A stretch of 63,088 nt of DNA, filler included, from Hyphochytrium catenoides (taxonomy: Eukaryota; Protista; Hyphochytriomycota): the NCBI GenBank assembly GCA_900088475.1. It is 16 parts of 16 records of this genome, joined end to end, with 100 filler letters (N's around TTAATTAATTAA, not from the genome) between each part and the next. Parts side by side here need not be neighbours in the genome. Positions count along the whole stretch, not along the records: positions 1 to 3,968 come from FLMG01004567.1; positions 4,069 to 5,187 come from FLMG01002884.1; positions 5,288 to 9,484 come from FLMG01001418.1; positions 9,585 to 11,254 come from FLMG01000598.1; positions 11,355 to 13,802 come from FLMG01003867.1; positions 13,903 to 24,962 come from FLMG01004408.1; 10 more parts are not named here. The stretch is one strand, 5' to 3'. Below are positions 1-15,977 of this stretch, piece by piece (within the stretch, counting starts at the first letter, position 1; every line of letters begins with the position of its first letter). Position numbers and translations under genes: made by a program. Under the pieces are notes generated by a model. It was not told the DNA's origin and did no database searches. It saw nothing but the letters and a program-made list of their open reading frames with translations.

Positions 1-342
1 GCTTTGGGCGGGAGAGAGAAGACTTAGACAAAAGGGAAGAGAGAAGCCTTGGACAGGAGAGAGGAAGAGAGAAGCCTTGGAGAGGAGAGAGAAGCCTTGG
101 ACAGGAGAGAGAAGAGAGAGAGGGTGGGAGGGGGAGAGAGAGAGAGAGCGAGAGAGAGAGAGGGAGAGAGAGAAAAGAGAGGTTGAAAGAGCACAGACGA
201 ATCGCAAGAGCAGTCTCAATTCATTATCCAACATTCCTTCTAGCGCTCAACCAACATACCAAGACAAGAAAAGTCTCTCTCTCTTTCTCTCTCTCTCTCT
301 TTTCTCTCCAGCACGCCCCATCAACAACAGAAGAAAAACACC

Positions 343-1122
343 ATGAAGATTCTCTCTCTCGCCGCATCTCTTCTCTTCCTCATCGCCGCTGCCGAGGCTG
401 CTCCTGCGGCTGAGAAGCGCAACCTCAGACAACTTGGCTTTGGCTTTGGAGGCGGCTCTTCTTCCTCTTTTGCCGAGGCTGATGCTGTTGCCTCTTCTTT
501 TGGCGGCGGATCTGCCTCCGCCTCTGCCTCTGCCTCTGGCATTGCGTCTGGATCTGGAGGCGGACTCTTTGGCGGTGGATCCTCATCTATTGCGTCTGCT
601 GAAGCTTCAGCTTCATCGTCTGGATCTTCATTTCCATGGTTTGGAGGCCTCGGAGGATCTTCATCTAGCGCCAGTGCCAATGCCCAGGCAATCTCAAGCT
701 CGAACGGTGGATCTTCTTGGCCCTTTGGAGGCCTTGGCGGAGGATCTTCATCTTCTGTTGCCATTGCGGATGCGCAGGCAAACTCTATCGGTGGATCTTC
801 TTGGCCTTTCGGAGGCCTTGGCGGAGGATCTTCATCTTCTGTTGCCATTGCGGATGCGCAGGCAAACTCTATCGGCGGATCTTCTTGGCCCTGGGGCGGC
901 CTCGGAGGAGGATCTTCATCGGCTTCTGCCAGCGCTCAAGCGGTCTCTAGCGCCAATGCGTAAGTGCTCTTCTTTTCCTTTGGATTTCGCTTCTTTCTTT
1001 TTTCCTGGTCCTGTTCTCTCTCTCTGTCTCTCTCTCCATTGTCTCTCTCTCCTTTGTCTCTCGTTCTCTTTTCTGGTCTCTTTTTCATCTGTCCCTCCCA
1101 TCCTCAAAGCTGTTTCGTTCTT

Positions 1123-1155
<33 letters not shown>

Positions 1156-1771
1156 TTCTTCCTTTCTTTTCTCTCTCTCTCTCTCTCTCTTTTCCTCACT
1201 GTCACAATGACTCACCCATTGTCTCTCTCTCTCTCTCTCTTTCTCTCTCCCTCTCTTTCTCTGTCCTTACAGCGGCGGCTTCCTAGTCCCATTCCTGGGC
1301 GGCAGCAACAGCCAATCCATTGCTCAGGCCCAGGCTCAAGCTACCAGCCACGGAAATGGCTTTCTCTTCTTCCCTGGCAGTGGATCTTCTTCTGCTCAAG
1401 CGCAAGCTCTGGCTCTCTCCCAGTCCAACAGCGGCGGCCTCTTCTTCCCCTTCGGCGGCGGCAATGCCCAGTCCATCTCTTCTGCTAACGCGCAGGCCAT
1501 CAGCCAGAACGCAGGCAATGGCTTCTTCTTCTTCCCTGGCCAAGGATCTTCTTCTGCCAATGCTCAAGCTCTGGCCTCTTCCTCCAGCCGTGGAAGTCTT
1601 TTGCAGCCTTTCTTTGGCGGCAGCGCGGAGCAAGCGATTGCGTCCGCTCAGGCCGCGGCCCAGAGCAGCAACGGCGGTCTCTTCTTCTTCCCTGGACAGA
1701 ACAGCATTGCCGCTGCAACTACAGGCGCCGTGGCTCTCGATAAAAATACGGGTCTCTTCCCTCTGATATAG
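343..1771 (+). CDS. Secreted Gly/Ser/Ala/Gln-rich repetitive protein, 371 aa; join(343..959,1273..1771)
   Basis: Hydrophobic signal peptide MKILSLAASLLFLIAAAEA, then EKRNLRQ. Donor GC|GTAAGT at 960 and acceptor TTACAG at 1272; the phase-2 join restores Ala and opens 166 further codons (including stop) of the same repeat type (GFLFFPGSGSSSAQAQALA...) to TAG at 1769-1771. The apparent stop at 963 is part of the splice donor. Confidence 0.85.
706..873 (+). repeat. Near-perfect 84-bp (28-aa) coding tandem repeat GGSSWPFGGLGGGSSSSVAIADAQANSI, 2 copies plus degenerate flanking copies
   Basis: Units start at 706 and 790; diverged units lie before and after. Confidence 0.9.
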
Positions 1772-2417
1772 AGACTTTTCTCTGCTCTTTCTTTTTATAA
1801 AGAGTATAGGAAAGGTTTCTCTCTCTCTCTCTCTCTCTTTCTCTTTCTAGTCTCTCTCTCTTGTCTTGAGACGGGGAAGTAGTGGGGCGCAAGTGGGGGA
1901 AATAGTTATAGTTAGAAGAGAGAGAGAGAGAGAAAGAGAGAGTGAAGGAGCAAAAAAGCGTGAGTGAAAGACGGAAGATCGGCTTTCTCTTCTCTTTCTC
2001 TTATTAGTCGTTTCACTCTTTTCCTCCTTTCTCTCTTTCTTCTCTTCTATCGTTAGGACGGAGATCATTGCCTAGTTCTCTCTCCCTTTATTTATAGATT
2101 CTTGGATAATATGCCATAATATACTGCATACCCTTAAGGTCTGGCTTTGCATGGAGAGAGAGAGAGAGACAGAGAGAAAGAAAGAGAGAGAGAGAGAGAG
2201 AGAGATAAAGAATAGCTTCAATCTCACAACGGGATATTGATGTTTTCTTCCTCCTTCTTCAAAAAAACTCTCCTTTCGTGTGGTCTCGTCTTCTCTTTCC
2301 TCTTTCTCTTACTCTGTCTTTCCTTCTCTTTCTATTACCTATCTCCCGCCTCTTCCCCTTATGAGTAGATTAGTGGATAAGTCTAATGAAGTTGAAAGGC
2401 AAGNNNNNNNNNNNGAG

Positions 2418-2468
<51 letters not shown>

Positions 2469-2600
2469 TGGACGAAGAAGAAATGCAAAGTTGCCTAGTA
2501 GAGAACACTCTTTCTTCTTCTCCGTATCAGCAGCTTCGTAGGTGGGTTTCTCTCCAATGATGATGGGTGACCAGAAACTGAGAATCAGGTATCTCATTGG

Positions 2601-2636
<36 letters not shown>

Positions 2637-2882
2637 TCTCTCTGCGTGTCTCTCTCTCTCTCTCTCTCCGCCAGGCTTTGCAGCTCTCTTCCCTTCATGA
2701 CACTCTCAGGTGATGGCGCGACCACCTCTTAGCCCTTGAATTCCCTCGCGTAACATCTCTTTCTCTCTCTCTCATATGCCTTCTCCTTCCTACTACTGCT
2801 TCTCTCTTCTGCCTATCAAAGACATATGTAGGATTTGTCGCTGCAAGTTTCATGCTTCAAGAGAGACAGGAAGAGGAAAAAG

Positions 2883-2917
<35 letters not shown>

Positions 2918-3241
2918 GAAGAGAGAGAGGAAGACAGAAAGAAAGACGCAATTTTTGTTTAGTTCTTTCCCAAGGAATCGTCTTCTGTCTCTTCTCTTCT
3001 CTTTGGAAGGTTAGAAAAAATAATGCCTTTATCATGTTGACTCACTTTATAGAGCAAGGGAAAGTTCAAAGGAGAGACACAAGCAAGAAAAGAAGAGAGA
3101 GAGGGAAAGAGAGGGAGAGAGAGAGAGAGAGAAGAGAAAGGGAGGGAGAGAGAAAGAGAGCGAAAGAGAGAGAGAGAGCGAAAGAAAGAGTGAGAGAGAG
3201 AGAGAGAGGGAGAGAGTAAGAGAGAGAGAGAGAGAGAGAGA

Positions 3242-3272
<31 letters not shown>

Positions 3273-3934
3273 TAAGAGAGAGAAAAAGGGAGAACGAGAG
3301 AGAGAGAGGGACGAAGAAAACAGTCACACTTTCCCAGAGGAGAAGACTCTCTTTTTTTTATTCCGTTATATAGCAGCTTCATCATCATCAGGACTTCTTA
3401 CATTCAGAGAACGAAGAAATCAAAATGAGAAGAGATCTCTCATGGATCTCTCTTTCCCTCTCAATGAGAGCGATAGCCAATCGAAGTAGTAGTATACAGA
3501 GACAAAGGCGAGAGAGAGGAGGTAGAGGGAGACAGAAAGAGAAAGGGACAAAGAGAAGAAGAAGATATTTCCTCACCTTTGCTTTTTCTTTTCTTCTCTC
3601 TCTCTCTCTCTCTTTTTCCCACTCTTTCTCTCTCTCTTCTCTCCCCTTTTCAAGCTAGAGTCTCACTACTTCTGCGATGTCCTCTTCCTTTCCTCTCTCT
3701 CTCTCTCTCTCTCTCTTCCCCTTCTCCCTCCTGAGTTTCTACGGAGAAGGTCATTGACTGACTGACTGACTGAGGGAGAGAACTCCTTGTGATATTCCCG
3801 GGTAAGACCTTTCTGGCTCAGAAGAGGAGCGATGTCTTTCATGTGCGCCTGTACTGTATCAATGACGGGCTTAAAGTTTTTTTATCCTGTTGGCCTCTTC
3901 TTAACTGTTCCCATAGTGCCTTGTTGATAGTGTA

Positions 3935-3968
<34 letters not shown>

Positions 3969-4068
3969 NNNNNNNNNNNNNNNNNNNNNNNNNNNNNNNN
4001 NNNNNNNNNNNNTTAATTAATTAANNNNNNNNNNNNNNNNNNNNNNNNNNNNNNNNNNNNNNNNNNNN
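3969..4068. other. Artificial scaffold linker (N44-TTAATTAATTAA-N44); first of 15
   Basis: The same 100-bp spacer with stops in all six frames also starts at 5188, 9485, 11255, 13803, 24963, 28565, 29871, 33252, 37023, 38810, 40239, 44635, 56467 and 59938. Confidence 0.97.
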
Positions 4069-4516
4069 ACACCATCAACACATCTGAAGTACAACCCTGT
4101 CGATTTACAGTGTTGCTGCTGCTGCACGGACGGGCTTATTATACGGAAACGGACGTATCGGAGGAGGACCGTTCAAGCGGAACGTTAAGCTGTTGTTGGA
4201 AGAGCGTATCAAGCTATTGGAAGGAAGAGCGTAGTAAGCGCTGCTCGCCTCCTAGCCCACCAGCAGCGGGTCTTCCAGACAATGCGGATTTGAAGCTGGA
4301 AGAAGGGGCCAGCGCGGAACAACGGCCATCATCCAGGGAGATCGATTCTCACCTTTAGAGGCAGAGATTTTTGAAGACTTCTAGTCTTTTACCATCGCAT
4401 CATCATCCCACATCCATCATCGCCCACAACAGCATTCCTCCATTCCTCCTGCCTGCCTGGCTGCACTACTACTTCCTAGAAAGGCGGCCCGGCCCCACAA
4501 GTGGATCACTACTACT

Positions 4517-5017
4517 GGGCCTGTGCGGGCGGCTTGATCAGTTTGAGGCCCCTCACTCTCTGCCTAGAAACTGATCAAACGTGCCGCTAACAGCCAATTT
4601 TGGGGATCAGTTTGGCTCATTCTGAATTCTGACGCCTTCCACCAGCAATCTGAACGGGACCCGTCAGTTCGACGGTCAGATTTAGGCAGAACCTCCGTCC
4701 AAAAGGGATGGGATACACACGAACGATATCATACAGGTACAACAGCCTCATGATGGGTGGCCAGGTTTATCTTGCGGTTGGGTAGGCTTGGTTTTCGCCA
4801 CAGGAAAACTGTCGGCAAACCGTCTGCAAAACTGAAAAACGAGAGCTCTCGATTTTCAGTTTGACTTCAGTTTTATCGTACGTTAGCCGCTAGCACAACT
4901 GACTTGATCAGTTTTTGATTTTTGATCAAGCCGCACACTACCCAGTCAGTTTTAGTGACCGTTGGCAGACATATTTGCCAAACTGATGGGTCCAAACTGA
5001 TCAAGCCGCACAGGCCC
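4517..5017. mobile_element. MITE, about 500 bp, Tourist/PIF-Harbinger-like termini
   Basis: Terminal inverted repeats GGGCCTGTGC(GGGC)GGCTTGATCAGTTTG and CAAACTGATCAAGCCGCACAGGCCC; internal copies of AAACTGATC/GATCAGTTT; no coding capacity; 3-bp flanks ACT and GCT. Confidence 0.75.
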
Positions 5018-5689
5018 GCTAAAGGCTTTAGAAGGGCGGCCCCACAAGTGGATCACTACTACCAAAATCCCAATAGCTTTTAGGTGGTTATGAAATATTT
5101 AGCAGGGGTGGGCAATTATTTAATTTTAACTCCAATTTAATTTTAATTTCCATAATCTAAGGAAGTTAATTGGAAATTACGGCGAACNNNNNNNNNNNNN
5201 NNNNNNNNNNNNNNNNNNNNNNNNNNNNNNNTTAATTAATTAANNNNNNNNNNNNNNNNNNNNNNNNNNNNNNNNNNNNNNNNNNNNGACTTGTAAACGA
5301 CCTGGCGATAGAGGACGAAGGGAAACGGAAGAATGTGAGAGAAGAACGACCCGCCTTAGGGAATCAGAACTAGAAAGGAGAGAGAGCGAGCGCGAGAGAG
5401 AGAAGGACAGCAAGAGAGAGAGAGAGAGAGAGAGAGAGAACACGGAGAAGAAAGGGGTGGGAGGAGAGGGAGACCAAGAAAGTGAGAAGACAGCGAAAAA
5501 GAGTGTCAAGAGAAAGACAGCGAAAGAAGAGTCCGAAACGAAAGACAGAAAAAAAGATAATGGGAGGGGGGGAGAGGGAGAGCGGGAGAGCGGGAGGGAA
5601 GCACAGCAAGAGCGAGCGAGCGAGAGAGAGACAGAGAGGGAAGTAGGGAGAAGAGAGCGAGCGAGGAAAAGAAGGTAAGCAAGAACGAC

Positions 5690-9317
<3,628 letters not shown>

Positions 9318-11354
9318 GAGCTCTTTGCTGCTCCTCCTGCAGCCTCGATGGACCTCCTTCTGCCTCTATCTGTCTCTCTACCCCTCACTCTCCGTTCTCC
9401 CTCTTCTCTCTCCCTCTTCTCTCTGCCTCTTCTCTCTCCCTCTTCTCTCCCTCCCTCTCCAGCCATCTTCTCTTTCTCTCTCTCNNNNNNNNNNNNNNNN
9501 NNNNNNNNNNNNNNNNNNNNNNNNNNNNTTAATTAATTAANNNNNNNNNNNNNNNNNNNNNNNNNNNNNNNNNNNNNNNNNNNNAGATCTCCTACTACTA
9601 CCATCAGCAGCATATGTAACACCCGCCCTGTTGGGCAGCAAAGATCATCCGATGACAATGCTCAGGCTCGTCTTGAAAGGCACAGATATTATATCTAAGG
9701 CAGCAGGCAGGTAGCTGCTGCTGCTGCAGCTACATATAGCGCCGACATCAGCTGCTGGCAATGATCTGCAACAACTGATGACCTCAAGACATCTTCTCAG
9801 CCCGCAGAGGCAGGTTGGCTGCTGGGTAGTGATCGCAAGCGGTACATTTTCACCTGCTTTTCTTCAAATCAGACGCGAGTCTCTCGCACAGAATGAGCTT
9901 CTTCCTGCCAGAGAGGACGTCGCCTATGAGAGTAGTCTTCTTGCTTTAACTCTTTCTGCTTAGTAAGAGAGAGCATGCTGACTTCAGTATACCAGCAGCA
10001 GCAAGGAGATGACCGTCCTGTCGCTGAAGAAAACGGTGCACGGCCAGCTGTTGAGAGCTGTTCCATAGTAGCTAGTCTTCCAACTAGCGTATCCTGCTGA
10101 TGAGCCCTAAGCTGATCACTCTTTCTGCTACCTTCACAGCCTGCTATTGATTCTCGAAGCACAGGGCCAGGCGTTGTTGCGGGCCGAGGGCGGCGTATGG
10201 GCTCTACATCAGGACAGTAAGTGCGACGCCATCCACAGCATTGTCGGGCGCATCTTCTCTTCTGTCGGGCAGCCTCGCTCCTCTCCCTCTCATCGAGAGG
10301 TCACATCTTGAGGAATGCGGGTCTTAGTCGTCGTCGTAGATCCTCCTGCATCATCCTTCGCCGTCTGCAGACTGGAGGCCCGTTCTCAGCCACACAGCAA
10401 TCTCTAGACTTCTCCTCCTAGCAGGAGGCTCGATTGCCACCATCTCAGACAATTCTCTCACAGCCCAAGGCCCTAAAGCCAGGACGCAGCTCACCTCAGG
10501 AGTAGAGCACTGACTGATGAAGAAGCAGCCAAGCAATGGCAAGGCCCCAAAAAGCTCTAAAAACGAAGCTCTGGCAATGCATCTGCAGCTTCGTAGTAGT
10601 AGGTGCTCTCCCAGTCTTCACCTGGTAGAGTCAAGGCGCATCCTTATGTTCCTGAACCTTGTCTCTTGTTACTGAGCATTGCTGCTTGTTCTCTGTTTGA
10701 GAGCTGCGTCTGAGGTGCGGCTCAGTGAGGTTGCGCGCTTGCTTTGAGAGTGGCAGACCGAGGAAGAGAAGGCTCAAAGAGCCAGGGAGCGAGAGAGAAG
10801 ACCCAGGGCGACTCCTGGGCAGAGGAGTCTGACCAAGTGGAAGAAAAGAGAAGAGAAAGAGCGAGAAACAAAGGGGCAAGCGATGTCAACTTTACTCTCT
10901 CTCTCTCTCTCCGTTAAGAGAGAGACAGTAGAATGGAGAGAATGGAGTCAACAAGAAAATCGCTTCTTCGTACTCCTTCGCCTCCTCCACTTTAGAAGAA
11001 TGATGCCGCTAGCTGGAGCTCTCCCTTGTCAAGAGAATGGCTTCAGAACTTAAGCGGAGGACCGGGAAGACATGCATGGAAAGGAGCAGGAAACCCGGCA
11101 TTCTCTCGTCCATCATGCGCCTGCAGTTATATATATAAAGAGACAGAGCAAACTGGAAAGGAAGAGGGAGAGAGAGATATGAGGAGAAGAGAGAGGGGAG
11201 AGAGAGAAGAGAGAAAGAGAGAGAGAGTCTCCCATCATGGGTCAACTGCAGTATNNNNNNNNNNNNNNNNNNNNNNNNNNNNNNNNNNNNNNNNNNNNTT
11301 AATTAATTAANNNNNNNNNNNNNNNNNNNNNNNNNNNNNNNNNNNNNNNNNNNN

Positions 11355-12048
11355 CCTTACCACTGCCTCTCTTGTCGCAGAAGCGCTTACGGAGCTTAGT
11401 CTCTTCCCAAAAGATGGTGATGAGACTGATGATGAAGAAACAGAACGGGCAGACGAAAGTGCCGATAGTCTTGGCTCTGATAGCGATTAGAAGCTATACC
11501 CCTTCTCTCTTCTTTCTAATAAAAGCTATCGTAAACCGGACAACGGAGATATATTGCTTGGGCCCCGTCCAACTCCACTGATGTTCTTTCTTTTCTTTCA
11601 CTAGCTTTAATAGAAAGAAGAGCAAAAAGGGTCTAAGCATTAAGCTAGTGATTATAATGAAGCAAGAAAAAACAATAAGTCCTGCCACCGAAGCCTTTAT
11701 CCTAATATCTGCATTCGTTGTTCCCCTATTCATCCATTCTGTCATTGCTAGTTTTTGAGCTTGGTATAAGAAAGTGTTCGATAAGGTCTAAGGATGAAGA
11801 TTAATGAAAGAAAATGATATTTGTGCTAGAACTATTGTGCTGTTTTTCTTTTTCGTTATTCGTTATTCATCATTACAAGAAGACAGCAAGGCCCAAACAT
11901 CATCCCCAATCCATTGCAGTATATCACCAATATACTGTATATTATCAAGAATAGGCCCCGGTCACTTATGGTCACTTGACGTCAAGTGACCGTCATTGCG
12001 ACCGCGACCGGTCACTTATCCAATGCGACCGGTCAATTAACATCCCTG
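11355..12048 (+). mobile_element. Right end of a hAT-like DNA transposon
   Basis: Ends in AATTAACATCCCTG (reverse complement CAGGGATG, as in the maize Ac TIR) after a cluster of GACCGGTC/GGTCAC subterminal repeats (11955-12035). An acidic ORF tail at 11356..11490 (...DGDETDDEETERADESADSLGSDSD*) could be a transposase C-terminus. Confidence 0.6.
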
Positions 12049-12860
12049 ATGGTGTTACTTGTACAACTAAATCAGCAGTGATCCAAGCATCTTCCGCTAA
12101 TAATGCAACCGAAGGCTGGATTACGCACTAGTAACGTCGGGCGAGCCCTAGTTGAAGCCTAAAGCTATTGATATAAAACAGAATGGAATATGGTGAAGAA
12201 GGTAGATACGAGGACAAGCGATAAACTATTCCTAGAAGGCAGAGCAGTGTGGTGAGGAGGGCTGGTACGAGACCAAGATCTGCAACAACACATAACACCA
12301 TCCAGGAGCTCTTCATTCCTTCTACATGTAGAACTAGTTCTATCATTATTTCCTAGGAGGTAGGCACACTCCGTAAAAGATCTCTCTATTCGTTCACCGA
12401 CGCTTCCTACAGCAGAGTAGTGAGGGAGGGAGGAGGGAGGGAGTGAATGGTGAAACTTTCTCAACTCTCGACTGCTGCAGAAGTCGCGTGACATGTCACC
12501 TCCACACTCAGCTTCTACAGCTCAAAATACCGGATAGTAGGTGATGCGTCTCAGGTAGAATGAGGTTACAACACAAATTCGCCTGGACTCACGAGATGTG
12601 CTCGGTTTATAGTGATACGTCTCGCGTTACAATCTCGATTTTTGTTCATAAAACCCCTTTCTTCTCTGCTCTGATCCATTTTATATCTCCAAAGTACACA
12701 AACAAAGACCCAAACCCAAAGAAAAAGCCCAAACAGTGATTAGTGAAAATCCAAATAGTGAAATTTTGATCACAAACACACTCACAGAGACACACAAAAC
12801 ACGAACAAGTCCATTTGTGCTGAAGCCCGTTTGAAATTGAGGCTCGCCCTTCGGGCTCGC
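12049..12860. repeat. Dispersed repeat shared with 25190-25912, in rearranged form
   Basis: 12051-12175 matches 25792-25912 directly; about 12302-12860 matches about 25190-25792 as reverse complement. Confidence 0.85.
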
Positions 12861-13468
12861 AATTAATCCTCCAAGGACCTATGAATGCTAATTCTAAGAC
12901 AAAATTCACCACAAGGTAAATGATTAATTATTACCGGCATGTTGGCCTGAAGGAGCCGATTTTGTGGATGGATTTAGCTCTATATCCCACCCATCCTTCC
13001 AATACCAGATTCCCATCATTTGTTTGGGAGGCACGCTTTTTAGAAGTGCGTTTGAAGAACCTCGAATACGATACAGAGTTACAAGACACACGTTACAGTA
13101 AGCGAAAATCAGACTGTCTTTTCAACACTACAAATACTTAACGTGGGTGCACAAACCCACTTGGCCAAAATTCTTTACCAAAAAGGGAAATCTGCAACTT
13201 TAAGGAGCCCATATGTGCGTAGAAAGTTTACTAAAAGGGACAAGAAGCTCGTCCTTGGGGTGCTAATAGGGTTGTGCAGGCAGACAGGCAATTCCACTAA
13301 CTCTCTCATTGAAAAAGGAAGTGTCAAAAGCAATACGCTAAGAGGCACAGACGGTTTCGCCAGCACAAAAAGCCCATCATAGCTGATGCCAAGAGTGAGT
13401 GAACAGACAATGTTGGAAGCACTTGAAAGGAAATAGCTCTTACAGTACAGTAGAAAAGTAAAGGATAT

Positions 13469-13530
13469 TCCAGGACTTGAACCTGGATCTCATGAATGAT
13501 CAACCACACGTGCTACCACAAAGACATTGC
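13469..13530 (-). mobile_element. tRNA-derived SINE head or tRNA remnant
   Basis: Minus strand reads GTGGTAGCACGTG...GAGAT-CCAGG-TTCAAGT-CCTGG: a perfect T-arm with B box, but no complete cloverleaf. Confidence 0.4.
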
Positions 13531-14372
13531 ACCAAATATCCATACAAGACTGGACTGACCAGGAACTATATACGGGATATAACTCACAGTCCTAACACTC
13601 CCACTGAAGTCAAGGAGCAACTCACTCAGACTCCGGAATGAGTAACTGAGCTCCTTGAGTTCCCATCAGGACTGTGGCCCGTTGGGATTCCGGACATAGG
13701 CGGATTAGCCAACAGTCATTAGTTAGATGAGGACTCTAATCGCTAATTGGTACGGCAGGGAGTGTTGAACTGTGATCGACGCTGAAACCAAAAAGTGTAC
13801 AGNNNNNNNNNNNNNNNNNNNNNNNNNNNNNNNNNNNNNNNNNNNNTTAATTAATTAANNNNNNNNNNNNNNNNNNNNNNNNNNNNNNNNNNNNNNNNNN
13901 NNAAAACTGAGGACAGCATGGAGAGAACAACCAGTGAGAGGCACACACCTTTGTTCCCCTTGTTCAAAGTTGTAGAAAGTGATGGTGAAAAGGTCAAAAA
14001 TGTCTCTCTTGTGTTTCAGGAGTAAAACTAGTTCTACTCGTATTGCTGCAGCTGTGCAGACCAGGCCATGCATGCGCTAGTCCAGCCAGGTCGTACACCT
14101 CAAAGGCAGGTCACGACCGAAATCATGGCAGGATAGCCGATAATAAGGAACCCGTTCTAAAACAAATTATAAGAGAAGTGTGAGGATTACTCTCTCCTGC
14201 TACTTTCGGTCCTAAGATCTGTTGTTTTAAGTGTACATAGGCAAGCATATCCTCCGTGTCCTACCCTAGCCTAGCATCCGAACGTGACGAATAAGGCCAA
14301 TATTAGTGAAGAGAGACCGAATCTGCAGATCCCCTGCAGGTGAAAACAGAATAATGTTTACTGCAGACTTGT

Positions 14373-14448
<76 letters not shown>

Positions 14449-15939
14449 ACTGTGAGACACTGACAGGGAGGAAAGAGAAAGAGGATCGCCTTTCAAGGTG
14501 GACAGGATCGATCGACAGTGAAAAGATCCTGGAAAGGGGAGGAAAGAGAAAGAAACAAAGAGCAAGAAGCAGTTTGCAGCAAGAAAGAAGAAGAGCTCCA
14601 CCCGCAGCGCGGCCAACCTTCGCCCAGCAGAAGGTCGGACAGCGAAGCACCAAAAGACATTGTCCAAGCTGCTGACTCAGCACTGTTCTACCTTCTGACA
14701 CCCTCACGCCCGCCGTGAGCATCGGCGGTCCTATGTACGGAAGCAGGTGACACTGATCCTTCGCTCTCTGACTGTGCCGAACCACCGCTGTTCTTCAGTT
14801 GCTTTAGAAAGAGAAAGACAGGAGCTTTTGCTCGTCCAGGAGCCACTGTCTTCAGGATGTTGGCCGTTAGCTAGCCTTTGGCGGTTGAGACAAGGTAAGG
14901 AACCACCTGCCTCTCTCTCTCTTCTCTCTTTCTCTCTTTTTTTCTTTCTCTCTCTCTCCCCGTCGTTCTTCCGCCCACTGCTTGTGGGGTCAAGGCCTGC
15001 AGACGAGGCATGTCGCGTCAGAAGCGACAGACAGTTCAAGGTCTTCCGCCCTGCGATCCCTGGCTTGCAAGGAAGGAAGAAGCTCTGATGCTCTTGTTGC
15101 TGGAGACGTTCCATTCGTTCTCTTTCTCGTCTTCTTCTGACAACCCATCGCCCTTTCTTATGCTGTTCCCGCTCTCCCTCCTTTTGCACGTGCTTGGCTC
15201 TTCTTGACGTGCAGGGCAGCGGCTCTCTCTCTCTCCCTCTTCGCTCTGGCTTTCTTTCTCTCTCTCTTTGTCCGTGGCTCTCTCTCTTTCTCTTCTCTTT
15301 GCGGCCTCCTCGAACTCTGTTGCACTTATCGGTCATCGGACGTTTGGCGTCCCTTTTGCCTTCAAGGCACGAGGCTCAACATGCGTGTCACACTCCGTCT
15401 TCCAGTCTGGCCCGTTCCTTGTCAGTCTTCCCTCACAGCCCACCTTTTATGGCTCTTTCTTTTCATCTCTCTCTCTCTCGCTCTCTACTCTCTTCTCTTT
15501 CTGTCCCTCCTCTCACTTGCCCACTTCTTGCACAGTGAAGGGTCCGTCCGCTGCGCTTTTTCTCTCTTTGTCTCTCTCTCTGTCTCTCTTTCTCTGTCTC
15601 TCTCTCTTTCTCTGTCTCTCTCTCTCTCTCCCTCTCTCTCTCCCTCTCCCTCTCTCTCTCTCTCTCTTCTTCAAGCTCCCACAGATTCTATATCAGTTGC
15701 GCTTGCTGGGCGCGGCCAGATCCGCTCTGAGATCTAACGTCAGTACCCACCGCGCTGCTGCTTTTTTGGTCTTCGTTCTGACAGAAAAAAGGAGCGATCG
15801 AGCGGCGGCAAGCGGCTCAGGCTGCAGCAGTAGCACGTGAAAGAGAAGGACGTAGCTCTACGAAGACAAAGAAGGAGAAGAGTTGGTTAGGACTAGTTTT
15901 GAACACAGCTGTTCCCCTTTCCCTGTTTGAGTCTCAAGC

Positions 15940-15977
<38 letters not shown>

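Noticed and set aside
321-1210. Alternative-frame and antisense ORFs over the repeat protein
   Set aside because: Shadows of the repetitive coding frame, without signal peptide or splice support.
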